Positions 26,201 to 38,826 of a stretch of DNA of 64,000 bases are shown piece by piece. Source of the stretch: Sphagnum compactum (Eukaryota); contig OZ234493.1 of the NCBI GenBank assembly GCA_965153455.1, positions 33,842,213-33,906,212 of the forward strand, in the 5' to 3' direction. The notes below the pieces were generated by a model, which saw only the letters and a list, made by a program, of their open reading frames with translations, was not told the DNA's origin and made no database searches. Every line of letters starts with the position of its first letter. Position 1 is the first letter of the stretch. Both the position numbers and the translations under genes were made by a program.

Positions 26201-27966
26201 GAATGTGCAGACCACTTGTCCTCTGTTTCTATTGCATCCTTGTGCCCAGAAAAGCAAGGTCAACAGCGTTACCACCAGGCTGGAGTAAGAACCTCGGCCC
26301 AGCCTCCTCCTTTTGCCTCTTTCTTCAAAGCCGTTGTTTTTTTACTACCCCAATCAAAATGTTGTTCTCCTGGACCTACTGGGTTTAAGCATGCACCTTT
26401 GTTTGTTGCACTGATAACCCGGCAGGTGCATAATCCTCATTACAGGTGGGAGAATCAGGAATGGATGCAGTGAAATCTGCAGTCCAGGTATACCGGCAAT
26501 TGAGCAGGGTGAAGGTGAAGAGTGCAGCAGTCATTAGCGAAATAAGCTGCATGCATGTAAACATATGCACTGCTGCTGCAACAAATCGAGCAAACATGAT
26601 TGTACTTCCATTCCACATGCACTGCCATCATGATGGAAGCTTAGAGACACTACACTCAGGTTTGCAGCGTATGAATGCCAGGATTCTACAAGATACCCCT
26701 TGCTCAGTGGCAATTCTTGTGGACAGGGAATTTGGGGGTTCTTCAAGTCTAATATCAGCTGTGACAACATCTCCTGACATGAATCCTCCTCCCCAACACA
26801 TTTGTGTTCTATTCTTTGGAGGACCTGATGATCGTGAAGCCCTGATGTTGGCATGCAGAATGGTCCAGCATCCTGGGGTCAAGCTCACTGTGATCCAGTT
26901 CACAATTGGGGGGCCTGGGCAGCAAGATGAAGCAGATTGCATGTTACTATTACATCAGCAGCAAATTGAACATGGATCTAAGGATCATGGAAACATGGGT
27001 ACTGTCTTGTTGCAACTGAAGCATTGCTGGAAAGCTCTGATGTGGGTAGGATCAACAGTAACAGCATTTTTTAAAGCACCATGGTGCAATGTCAACCCTC
27101 AGGGTAGTACTAAGTCTACAGTGGAATCTGATTCATGTAGCCATATTGCACGTTGTGAGAAAAGTGATATAAACTTGCTGCATTTAAACGAGGAGGAGCC
27201 ACCCATGATGGAAACTGGTACTCATGGAGAAGTAGACAATCATGTCCAACAGATGGACATAGAGATGTACCAAATGCAGAAGAAACTGGACATGATAGCT
27301 CTTGCATCCATGACTGCTGCCAAACTTGCCAAAAACAAGACACAAAGCAAAAGTCTTGCAGCTCTGGATCAAAGCAATCTAAGTTTACAAGACTTAGACT
27401 CAACAACATCATCCAATGACCAGCCACAACAGCAACTGAGTTCTCAGCAAGAGGAACTTAGAGCTCATGAGGAGGATGGCAGCAACAGTTCCCAAGGCTT
27501 GATATTCAAGGTTTGTGAGACAGATGACCCATACAAATCTATTCTGGAAATTGCAAGCTCACCAGATTACAGGTTGATCATTGTCGGTCGTCACATGCAT
27601 GAACAAAGCCCAATTCTACAGTCAGGTGTATTTCCTTCCTCAAATAATCATGTGCCCGGACAAGGTTTGGGTCCTGTAGGAAATATTCTTGTATCCAAAG
27701 ACCTGAAACATATGCGAGCCTCTGTTCTGGTGATCCAGCAACACAATCCAATGCAATCAAAGGGGCCAAGCTCTTGTAATAACAATGTAGTGAATTCTGC
27801 AACTGACTTCAAATACATGGGTGCTAAAGACTCTGTAGTAGTTACATCTGCAAACTCCAGAAGCAGTTTCAGTTTTGAGGGTGAGAAGGACATCATCAGT
27901 CCATTTGAGCCTTTCGATTCCATAAGGAGCCGAGACAGTGAAGACATTGAAGAAGGTGATGCTTGA
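23228..27966 (+). CDS. Cation/H+ antiporter, CHX (CPA2) family, 8 exons, ~1047 aa
   Basis: Exons 23228-23486, 23726-23897, 24116-24332, 24517-24853, 25205-25315, 25501-25673, 25931-26284, 26446-27966 (3144 nt, in frame). Motifs [110 protein letters not shown]. Confidence 0.93.
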
Positions 27967-29177
27967 TCAAAAAAGCCTTAAACCCTAAATCTTCTTGAAT
28001 CCACAAGTTTGCAATTTAGAGCCAATGTTGTTTGTTTGCAAGCTGAATCTTTGATTGCACATACAAAACTCCTTCACTCAGAGAAATGTTAATGGGTGAA
28101 CTTTATTTTCAGCTGCCAGGAAGTAGAGTAGATACCATGTCAAATCTTTGTACCTCTCAGGCTCTTATGGTGACATTGAAAATCTATGATTCATTGCCCA
28201 TGATCCTTTTTGTAAATCTTTGGGCTTCATGTTGATACAATTTCTGATCCTTATTGATGATCTCCTCCTAATTGTTAGTTTCAAATGTGAGCTCTAGGAG
28301 CTTACTAGCTCCAATTGAAGGCTTCAATGGGTGTTCAACTATTGTAATCATGAGCCTTCTTACCATTGAGTTCATTCAATGGAAATTAAGGAAATTATTA
28401 ACTCATATGATGTTCCTTGCTTGATTGCTTGATTTTGGTGAAGAGTGAATAGTGGAAAGGAAAGAGAAAAACGTTTGTTTAGCTTTGCTAGCTATCCTCC
28501 CCCCTCCGCCCATTCCACAACCACCCACTAGGAGAGAGGTGATGTGTTCATCATACCTTAGTGTTTATAAATTGTGGAAGGCATCACTAATGGTTTCTTA
28601 GGCTTATTTTAGAATGTTTTTTCACCTAAATATTTTCATGCCTTCACAATGTCTCAAGTAGAGCATAACTTTAACTTCATTTTTTTGGTGCATTCTTGAT
28701 GAGATTTGGTGGGGATTGCAAGTTGTGTCTTGCATTAAGTTAATGCATTTCAAAAATTAGTAATGAAATCATCTCACTAAACCTTGAGGTAGATTCACAC
28801 AACCCTTATATTTTCTTGGAAGGAGTGAGGTGAATGACAAGCCAAAGAGGGAGCAAACCCCTTCTTCCACTCCCCCTTTCCCAACACAAGCAAAAGATTC
28901 CACAATAGAAAATTGAAATCAACAACCCATATTAACCCTATGTTGATGCCGCATGTTGCTTGCTCCAACCCACTTGAGAAAATGTATGATCGAGTCACAG
29001 TCTTTTTAGGCTCCACAAATCACCATCAATTACAAAGTGGTGGATTAGGACACGGGTTTTAATCCTAGGACAAGATGATTTGTTTTATATTTGTAGTACA
29101 AGGGGAAGAAAAAGGTTTGGGAAGACTTGGCATAATGGGAAGAAAAGATTTGAGCTTATTGGCCTTGCCTACCAAGG

Positions 29178-29475
29178 CAAGGATATACAGTGTTTAGATT
29201 CATTATAGAGTATAGTAGCTTAATGGATTTTGGCCCCTCTGTAATAGGTCTCTTTTTTTAGGAGGATTTTTGAAAGATGATATTTTGGCTTGTGCTAGAA
29301 ACTTGAGATTAGTTATAGAGTTATAACATCTTGAAGAATTTTGGTTTCTTTTAGAGGATTTTTTGAAGATTATATTTTTGCATGGTGAAATATTTGAGTT
29401 TCCATAATTCGTCTTTTGCCTTAATAAGATACTTTTTAATGTAAATGGCAAGGCCATAGTGTGACATACCCCTTG
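29178..29475 (+). mobile_element. Second copy of the Helitron-like dispersed repeat, without the MITE
   Basis: Matches 7743-7770 plus 8195-8430; single TAATA at 29242-29246. Confidence 0.65.
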
Positions 29476-31589
29476 TTACACTTGAGCATTCTAGGTTAAG
29501 TGAAGTTTTTGTTGAGTTTTGTGATTTTGGTAAATCTTTTCAAGGTACATGTTTTTGTTTGACCAATCGTCACTTCTATTCATGCAAGTACAAAGCTCCA
29601 TTCTGAAATAACTTTGAATTATAAATAACTATTTCACTTACTTGTGAACATCAATTAAAAAGCTAGTACCTTCGTGAATTAAACAAAAATATAAAGGAGG
29701 TTGTATAAATGAGAAATGGTTTAATTTTCATCCATAAAGAGCCATACTATTTTCCCATGTGAAAATAAAAGAGACAAGTGGTTATGTGTTAAATGTGACA
29801 AAGTATAATTGTAAAAACATTCTATTATGGTGGCTATAATTGCCATGGAATATTTTTGTGAAAATTAAAAAAGTTGGCAAAAGGAGGGGATGCAATCCAT
29901 GATGAAAATACACAATATTATCTTCAAGGAAGCATGATGAAGTGGAAGTGGTGAGAAAGGAGATTATGTAAATGAAGGACAAGGACAATTAATTGTATGG
30001 AACAAATTTTATAAAGTCCACGATAACAAATTTTTGTGGAGAAAATAATTTTGCCACTTTTGTAGAATGAATATGAATAGTGTGTGTTACATTATAAATT
30101 TCTCAAATTTTGATTTCAAATGTTGCATTTGTGAACTTAATGATCTCATTTTTGACATACATGCTAAGTTTTTTTTTCAAAATTCTTGCAATAGTTGTTC
30201 AATTTCAAATCATTGGGTATTGATTGAAGAAGTGGTGTCTTGTTTATGAACCAATTGACATGTAGTGTTGTAAAACTTTGCATTATGGAATAAAAAATTC
30301 TATTACATGTAGACGTTAGAAATTAAAATTATCTTGCTATAAAATAACACTACCATTTGTTGAACATATGTACAATAGCACTCCAAGGACCCCATCAATA
30401 GGAACTTGGTGGTGCAAAAGAAAGAATTGTCAATGCACACCTCCACCCATGACACTTGCATTGCAAAAAATGAATTAATCCCGTTACTTGCAATGCCTTG
30501 AAGTAACAACCATGCACAAAATACTATCATTCAAAGCAAATTTAATTTCAATTTTTTTATTTATTAATGTTTGTGCTCTTCTCAATCTTGTGTTTGTTTT
30601 TTCCATGTTTGTGGGCGTATTTGTTTTTTGCTTTAGTGCATGAGGAGTTTTTGAGGAAATCTTTAAGATAGTTTTGTTTTATTATCCTTTCGAGGATTGT
30701 ATTAATACATTAGAGCTTCATTTGTTTTTCCTATTTTTAAAATGCTTGTGTTAATTTTCTTTTGGAAGTTATTTAGACATATTGGTTTACTCTTTGTGAA
30801 TCACATTCTTTTTTTTTGGGAGTTTTGGGTAGTTGAGATTGTTTTTTGGGGAAGGAAGGGCAAGGAAAGTAAAGTCTAAGATAACGCTTACATAATAAGT
30901 TGTAGCATTGAACATTTGAAAAACTTTGGTTGTGATTTTAGAGTTGAAATTTCCTTGGGGAATTTTGTAAGGGGAGTTTGCAGTAGAGGCAAAAAGGAGA
31001 ACCCAAATTTTGCATTATTAGCTTGAAGACCTATAGGGATGGGAGGAGGACACACAAGTTAGGTGTTGTAAGCACTAGGCTTATTGCAACAAGGAGTGTA
31101 AGCACTTTCTTGAATAAATTCACACAATCCTTGTTTCACAATTTTTTTTGCCTTTCATTTTTTTCTAAAATGATTTTCCTCTTTAGTCAAGTTTATGGGT
31201 TTGATGTAGTCCTGTTTGTTCATCAATTATGAAAGGGGATTTGAATACGTAGCACCTATGTGATTTAGTGATTCTCTCCATTGTTTGGTATATATATTTC
31301 TTCCTCTTTTCATGGTAATTAGTATTTTCATATTTTTTCAAAAACATGCATAAAAAGAAACTTGGAATCCAATAATAGTCTATAAAATTATTATTGCTTA
31401 ACATTTTTACCAGCTCCAAAAGCTTTTAAACTCCTCATTGATCATGATAGTTCTAACCAAGGTGGTTTTCAAATGATCTTTGAAATGCACATGCACATGT
31501 TAAAGCCTTTAATAAATTATATTGCAAGGTTCATGTAATGGATGTGAACATTATAACCATCTTTTAATGGATGGAGTTCATCCATCCAT

Positions 31590-32290
31590 AACTCCTAGTT
31601 AATTTTTAGTTAAGTTTGAAATAATTCCCAATTATATCCGAGTTAAGTTCTAGTTAAATCTGAGTTAAATTCAAGTTAACTTTTAGTTAAGTCTGAATTA
31701 ACTCTCAGTTAACTCCCAACTAACTTTAATTAAGTCATAATTAATTTTGAATAGAAGTAAGACCCTTCATTTCATTCAATTTGTTTAACATCAGTTGTAG
31801 GTACGATCTTGCACCATAGCCTTGTCATGTTTTTTTTATGTTCATGTTTACATATGTTAGCATAAAAAAGATTTTATTTCACATTTGTCTCGCACATCTC
31901 ATGTTCTTGTTTTTAGTTCTTGTGTTTTTGTTTTTGAATCACATAATTTTATCTTATTATTTCTTTGAAAATTAGATTTAGACCTTTCCTTTTAGCCTTT
32001 GTTCTTGTGGTTCTTTGTGTCCATGATAGCTACAATGTTCTTACAACAAATCAAAGCATACCTACAACGTATAAAGTCTTTAAAAAATTTGTTTACCAAG
32101 CAAGTTTGCAATGGAGTTGCTTTTATAAAATTAACTTTCAATCAATTTCAAGTTAAATCCAAATTAACTTTCAGTTAAATTTTAGTTAATTCACAGTTGA
32201 CTCTTAGTTAAGAAGGTTCTCAAGAAGCTTCTTTATTTGATGCACACATATAAGCCTCCTTAGAAACTTCCTTGAGTTAAATCCCCACAT
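31590..32290. repeat. Two blocks of (AGTTAA/TTAACT)-based ~10-bp repeats (31590-31750, 32130-32290)
   Basis: Dense recurrence of AGTTAA and TTAACT motifs, probably transposon subterminal repeats. Confidence 0.6.
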
Positions 32291-34651
32291 TAAAGGTGCA
32301 CATTAATGGGCATTTGATGTCAGAGAGGTTGCCACAATAAAAGACCGTGATAGTCCATTTGAGAGAATATCTGGAATGATCTGATCTATTTGATGCAATT
32401 AGGTCTGGGTCTTGACATTTTTAATTGGGTAATGGTTGCACTGTATGACTGTTCAATATTGTGGTTAGGATGAACCAACAACCACCAATGCACTAGTTCG
32501 CCATTCTGTCCACTGGATGGGCTGCATTTTTTCATTCGATGCCAGATGGGGTTCATCACAGTCCATTTCTTTTTGCTGCTGACCATTATATTTTATTTTA
32601 TTTTATTTTTGGTTCTTGGCTGTTTTTCCCTTGGACCTGACCTCACACATAGCTACCCTGCTCACTTTCCTACCCTCATAAGTACTGCACCAACCTTGGT
32701 ACCTTATTTATTATCCCCTACTGACATAGTTATCCTAATAATTGATTATCCTATTGACCTAGTTATTGTACTAACCACCTACCCTACTAACCTAACTACC
32801 CTATTAATTACATACCTTATTAACTTAACCACTGTACTAACTACCTACCCTACTGACCTAATTACCTTACATACACAACCACCCTATTGACATAAGTATT
32901 TTACAAACCTAATCACCTTGATAAGGTAATTTGTTTCTTATGTACTAACTTGCCTATCTACCTAACTACCTATCTATCTATGTTTTTTACATAACCAAAC
33001 ACCTAATTAACTACCTACTCAGTTTTTCCACCCCCACTCCCCCCCCTTCAATCCTAACTATCACTTTATTAAGGTTTGCCCATATGTAAGTATTACAAAC
33101 AATTTATAGTGGAAACAATGCCATAATTGTAGCCATTTTGGTTTAATTAATGCATATTTTACTAAATTTTGTTTACCTAATTTATTATTGAATGGACATT
33201 ACAATACATGTTTTCATGTAATTATTATAAGTATGTACTATTGGATTATGGTTTAAGTTTAGGGTTGGGACACATAAATTAATTAATAAGTTTTTCACAA
33301 ATGTATAGTAATTAACCTAAAATATGCTAAATTTGGGGGGGGGGGATTTTTAGGGTTTACACATATGTGAAATTATACAATTGCATTCTATATCTTCTTC
33401 AAAGATAATGGAAAAAATTAGGTTGGAAGGATCACACAAATGTAAAAGACATATCTTCTCTTTTAGTTTTGTACGAAATTTATTTGATTATTTTTAAAGA
33501 TTAAGGTATTTTCTTTTAGTCAATAAATATTTTTAATTTAAAACCTTTAAATATTGGTTTCTAAAATTTTTCCTATGTACTTTTAAATTTGTTTATTTTG
33601 CATTATATAATTTGTATAGTTTGTATAATTTTTTGGGGTTTAGGGCATATATCACTAGGACTTTTTTTTGTTAGGGTTTGTATAGTTAGGGTTGTAATAA
33701 GGCTTATGGAAAAATATCATTTGGATTTTTAGGGTTATGCTTTATGATTTAGTGTATAGGAATTTGGTTCATATATTTCAAAACCTAAGGTTTACACTCA
33801 AAACTCTGCTCATTGTATTAATTTTTGATCTTATCACTTGTTTAGATCTATACCACAATTATGAATCTCCTTTGTTTCCATATGTTCCATAGTTGTTAGA
33901 ATTTAATATTTTCTAACCCACTTTTGTACGAGTTGTGATCTTCTAGGGTTGCGTTTTCAATTGGGACTACAAACTTTGGTGGAACGTTGTCATCTTTCAT
34001 TCCTAAAGGTATGCATTTGTCTCTTATTACTTCTTTTGTTTTTTTTGTTTATATTTTCACAATTCAACCTCTTTTCATTTCTTAGTTATTGGATATAGAA
34101 AGGGCGTCAAGTTTCATTAAGTATATAACCATAATAAAAGTTTCATACATTTACACGAATATTTCATATTCAATATCTCTTTGTAGTTTGATTTTTTCAT
34201 ACCCATATGCGAATAATGCATTAACTCCCCACAACCAGCGTGGGTTGTATGGCCTAAGGCAGGTATTGCATTTTGCACCTCTCAAATAGTGTGCATTAAT
34301 TATCATTATGTGGATATTGCTACATGGGGTTTCAGACATTGTGGGTCTAAGGTATAATCTGGGTATTGCATATGTGAACATTTTCAATGATGGAAGGTTT
34401 AATAGTTCAATGTGGGTGTTGCCAAAGTTTGTTTTAGTATATGAGTTCATAATGCAAGTATTGTACGTTATGTACATTGGAACAATAGGTATTTTATATC
34501 ATGATATGGGTATTGTAATGAGAATTCCAAATCACAACATTGATTTTAAAGGAGCCATGTATGTATTGCATTTTGGGTTTTTGTTCAACAATGAATGTTT
34601 ATAAAATTATAAATTCTCTTGGTGTAGGAATTTGTCCTACTTCCTTCAATC

Positions 34652-34875
34652 ATGGGAAAGGTTCCAAAGTCCCATTCCATTCATGTCCAAAACCCCACCA
34701 AGTCCATTTTCTCAAACAAAGACTTGGTGTGGAGGTCCGGGATACGCCATGGAGGGCAAAATAAAGTGACCATTCAATTTGCTTATGTTCCATATGCTCA
34801 CATCTCAGAATTCTTGGAAGGTGAACGAGGGGATACGAGCACCCCTGTGGAATGGAATGTTTACAAAACCACCAA
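34652..34875 (+). pseudogene. N-terminal fragment of a MULE-derived SWIM zinc-finger/transposase-like protein
   Basis: IHVQNPTKSIFSNKDLVW...FAYVPYAHISEFLEGE...PVEWNV resembles the recalled N-terminus of Arabidopsis At1g60560-type SWIM proteins (LPVQNP..EFS..DLVW...IPY.RVDDFV.GE). The fragment runs directly into a tandem repeat. Confidence 0.55.
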
Positions 34876-35760
34876 AAAAGGCGACGGTAGTTACCATCGC
34901 CATTTTTTCCAGCAAAGCCATCGAAGAAGGTGACGGAAGTTGTCGTCTTCTTCTTCTTCTCTGCAACACCACCATAAAAGAAAGCGACAACAACTTGGTG
35001 CTGTCGCCCTCTTCGCTGCAACAGAACCACAGAACAAGACGATGACTCATTGTTGTCGTCTTATTCTTTTCAAGCATAAAGAAGAAGGCAACGATAGCAA
35101 CTGTCGTTGCTTCCTTGCTGTCGTTGCTTCCTTACTGCTGTTGCCTTCTTCACTACAACAGAAAAAAAGGCGATGGCAGCAATTGTCGTCGCCTTCTTCG
35201 TTACAACAGAAAAAAAGGCTACAACAGTTTTCTTTGCTACAACGAAACCAAAAAGAAGGCAACGGTAGCTTGCCATCACCTTCTTCGCTGCAACAAAACC
35301 AAAAGAAGAAGGCGATGGCAGCAACTACCGTCACCTTTTTCGTTGCAACAAAAAGGAAAAAAAAAGGTGACGGCAGCACCTTTCGTCACCACTGCAACAA
35401 AACCAAAGAAAAAGGCGACATTAACTTGCTACCGTCGCCTTCTTCGCTGCAACAAAACCAAAACAGAAGAAAGTGATGGCAGCTTGTTGTTGTCGCCTTT
35501 TTTGCTGCAACAAAACCAAAAACAAAAAGGCGACGGTAGCATGCTTGCCTTCTTCGTTGCAACAAACCAAAAAAAAAAGGCGACAACAACTTTGGCAACA
35601 AAGCTGCTGTCGGCTTTTTCGTTGCAACAAAACCAAAACAGGGAAGGCAATGGCAGCTTTGTTGCCATCGCCTTCTTTGTTGTAGCAAAACCAAAATAGA
35701 AGAAGGCAACGGCTTACTGCCGTCGCCTTCTTTGCTGCAACAAAACCGAAAAGAGAAGGG
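34870..35760. repeat. Tandem array of ~50-60 bp self-complementary units (AAGAAGGCGACGGYAGC...CGTCGCCTTCTTCGCTGCAACAAAACC)
   Basis: About 15 degenerate units, each with a GAAGGCGAC / GTCGCCTTC inverted pair. Explains the many overlapping low-complexity ORFs here. Confidence 0.9.
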
Positions 35761-36327
35761 CTTAAGGGAAGGAGTTTACCTTTAAACTCCCGCTCTGGCT
35801 CCCGCTTTCAAGTTCGTTGTCATGGGTTTCGCTTCAAGCGCGTTGTCCTGGCTCTTGCTTCAAGCACTGCCGAGCTCTAGCGATGGAATGAACACAAAAT
35901 CAAGTGAGGTAGGTAGGAGGGGGGAGGTAGGTGGGAGGTAGGAGGGGGGACATAAATAGGAAGGGGGAAGTAGGTGGGAGGGAGGTAGGTAGGAGGGAAA
36001 AACTTTGGGGCTGAAAAAAGGCTGAAAAAACCAAAAACTTTGGGCAATGGAGGATGTGTTTTTGGTTCATCCCAAAACGGCTTCAACGGCCTCATCGTCA
36101 ACTGGTGCATTGGTGACTGCTGGTTCACTCCAGCCCAACATTGTGTTTCTTCAACATGTTCTGGTGACAAATGTCTATATTTGCTTAAAGCTTTATAGTA
36201 AGAGGAATTGTTATGCCCCTCTTTTTGGTTCCACCACAACCCTACTTCATTCCTAAGTTAATGGAATCTAAAATTGGATGAAAACCCAAAAGTGCAGAAA
36301 CCAAATTGGGTGGGAAGGGGTTTAGAC

Positions 36328-37780
36328 CAGTGTTGTACTGGTATGTCATTTTATACATACCTTATATTTGTACAGTAAACCCCCTTTATAATCAAGCCCT
36401 TGGTGACTATTTTTTTTGTGACACTAACGAATTGTCATTTAATTGTGTATAATCACATTCCATATAAACCTTTATAAGAGTGTAACCGCAAGCAAAAGTA
36501 ACCTTATAAAACAACTCTTTTATGCTAGAATTAAGGTGTTAATCATTTAAGTTTTTTACATGGGTTATTCTAAACCCTACTATACATTTTTAAACTTGAA
36601 GAAGGTTGTGATTTTTGTCTTTTTTAATGTTATGATTTACATTGAGTTTGAGTTCTTTAACAATTAGCTTGTGTATCTTGTAAATTAGAACTTTTTTAAT
36701 TAAGATTTTTTGTTTCCTTGGCAAGTTCGCACATCTTTTGCTTGTCTACATTAGAAAGTTGTTTTTTCTTTTCTGTTCAATTGGATTCATTGTTGTTAGT
36801 TTGCACAACTTGAACACAAAACAACACTAACAATGCCAAAGGGAACTATAATTTACAAAACCTTAATATTTGCTTTAGATTTCCCCATTATAGTCACATT
36901 TATATATATATAAAACTTTGCAAATAGTTTGTGTTACTAGCGAGTGTGATATGACTCTAAAAAATGGTGTTTATTACTAAAATGGATGGTTACCAAAACA
37001 TGTGTGACAACCAAGAATGTGACTAAAATGTGCGTGATTATAAAGCGGGTTAATTGTAGGTTCAAGGGTTTTATATGGTTAAATGGGTAGGATCCTAGGT
37101 AGGAAAATTGTTCCAAGGTAGGATATTTTCATGGTATGAATATTCTTGAATCTTTAGACACCCTGGTCCTTAGCATGAGTATATCAAAAATCAACTTGAT
37201 ATACTAGGGGTATATTTATAAAAGTAGGCTATTAAAATGTTGAATTTCAGAAAAATTCACAAAGTACATTTGCACAACTTACAATAAATGTGCAGTCAAT
37301 CTTTACATAAACAACAAAAGGAGAAATATTGACACTTACCTTAATGAACCCCCGACTACAATATTAATGTTGATTTTAAAAAAGTTCAAGTCAATGAGGA
37401 ACAGTATGATTAGCTTAATGTGAAGCTCACCACAAAGCGTATCATGTAGTTCCACCTCCATCTATCAATGTCTCAACTACAAACTCTACGATCTCTTTAA
37501 AGTAGAAACAAGAGACGCTCTACCCTATTGACCATTATACCTACCCCTCCCAACTTCAATCTTTCATCCTGAGTATTGGTCTCATCGAAGTATTAAAATT
37601 TGAGTAAACCTTGCCTAATATGTTTCAAACCCAGGTAGGTCCACACAAAAAAACCTTAGATTCTAAAAACAACCCTAAATAAGTACTTCAAAACAGACCC
37701 AACAAGTAAGTTCTAACATACTTTCACACATGCCATTGTACATGCTAAGGGTCTACCCTATATATCAGTACAACACACTG
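36328..37780. mobile_element. Non-autonomous hAT-type element with perfect 8-bp TSD GTTTAGAC
   Basis: TIR CAGTGTTGTACTGGTAT / ATATCAGTACAACACACTG; GTTTAGAC at 36320-36327 and 37781-37788. Confidence 0.88.
36373..37056. mobile_element. Tc1/mariner (pogo-like) MITE nested in the hAT element
   Basis: TIR CAGTAAACCCCCTTTATAATCA / TGATTATAAAGCGGGTTAATTG, with TA on both flanks. Confidence 0.85.
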
Positions 37781-38055
37781 GTTTAGACATAGATCTCCAA
37801 TTGATGATTCCATCACTGATCTGGTCACTGGCTCTTTCTTGTCTTTTTGCAAGAATTGGGGAGTCAGTTGCATTTTTGTCAGTGGAAGAAAAAAAATGAA
37901 GGGGAGCCCAAGAAAGTGTCAACCCATTGAACTTGTAAAACCCACTTGTTAGTTAGTGGGCACATTCTCCCTTGCAACTGTTGGCCACCACCCACCATAC
38001 TCTGATGACATCTATTTTCTACTAGTTTTTGGGACTCCCTTAATTTGGTACTATG

Positions 38056-38086
<31 letters not shown>

Positions 38087-38184
38087 ACCTTCTGTATAGT
38101 ATAATTTTCCAATGTGGGATTCGGATCTGTAATTTGCTCTGTTGTTGACAGGCTACCTTTTACACTGTGGGAGGATGTTTAAAC

Positions 38185-38542
38185 CAGTGTTCAGCGGTTC
38201 TTTGCATTTCTAATGAATCGCAGGTTTCGATTGGTTCTTTAAATATTTGAGAATCATACAACCATCAGTTCCTGTTCTTCCATGAAAATTTCAGACCAAA
38301 GAACCATGAGTTGCAGTAATTTTCGCAAAAAAAACTTTAAAGAACCAACGGTTTCAGAAAGAACTGACAGATCTGTGGCTGGCTGGTTCTTTGACATTTT
38401 CATTTTTTTGAGAATCATGGTTATATACCAAAAATTGGTTCTTTGAATTTTTGAGAATCGATGGGTAAGCAGATATATATATATACCTGGGTTGATAAGC
38501 TGTGAGTATCTGTCTCCGATTCTAAGAACCCTTCACCCACTG
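38185..38542. mobile_element. hAT-type MITE with perfect 8-bp TSD GTTTAAAC
   Basis: CAGTG...CACTG termini; GTTTAAAC at 38177-38184 and 38543-38550; internal AGAACC/GGTTCT motifs. Confidence 0.85.
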
Positions 38543-38826
38543 GTTTAAACACCCCAAACAAAATTTGCGGGTGTCTGTGCCACATCTTACACGGTTCTGG
38601 TCAATCACATGCAACTCCATGTTTTGCAATATTAACACTCACCACACCCAAAAAAAAAGTCATCCTACTGTAAACTAAGACAGTACTTTTCCAAAAGTGA
38701 CTGGAACTTGGCTGCCATTACATTTTGTAGCAATACAGATGTTCTTGGTAATCTTGTCCATGCTGTAAAGCATAATGGTTCACTGTATATGATCAAGTAA
38801 TTTAAAGCTTGGTCCAGCATATAAAT

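Larger units (their letters stand above)
32454..36143. mobile_element. ~3.7-kb degenerate TIR transposon with inverted subterminal CCTAC repeats and a MULE/SWIM-like coding relic
   Basis: Left CAATATTGTGGTTAGGATGAACCAACAACCACCAATGCACTAGTT is inverted relative to right AACTGGTGCATTGGTGACTGCTGGTTCACTCCAGCCCAACATTG. (CCTAC)-rich 32650-33020 mirrors (GTAGG)-rich 35905-36000. No clean TSD. Confidence 0.65.

Noticed and set aside
34779..35709. Numerous overlapping ORFs of 70-194 aa
   Set aside because: Low-complexity products of the hairpin tandem array, open on both strands.
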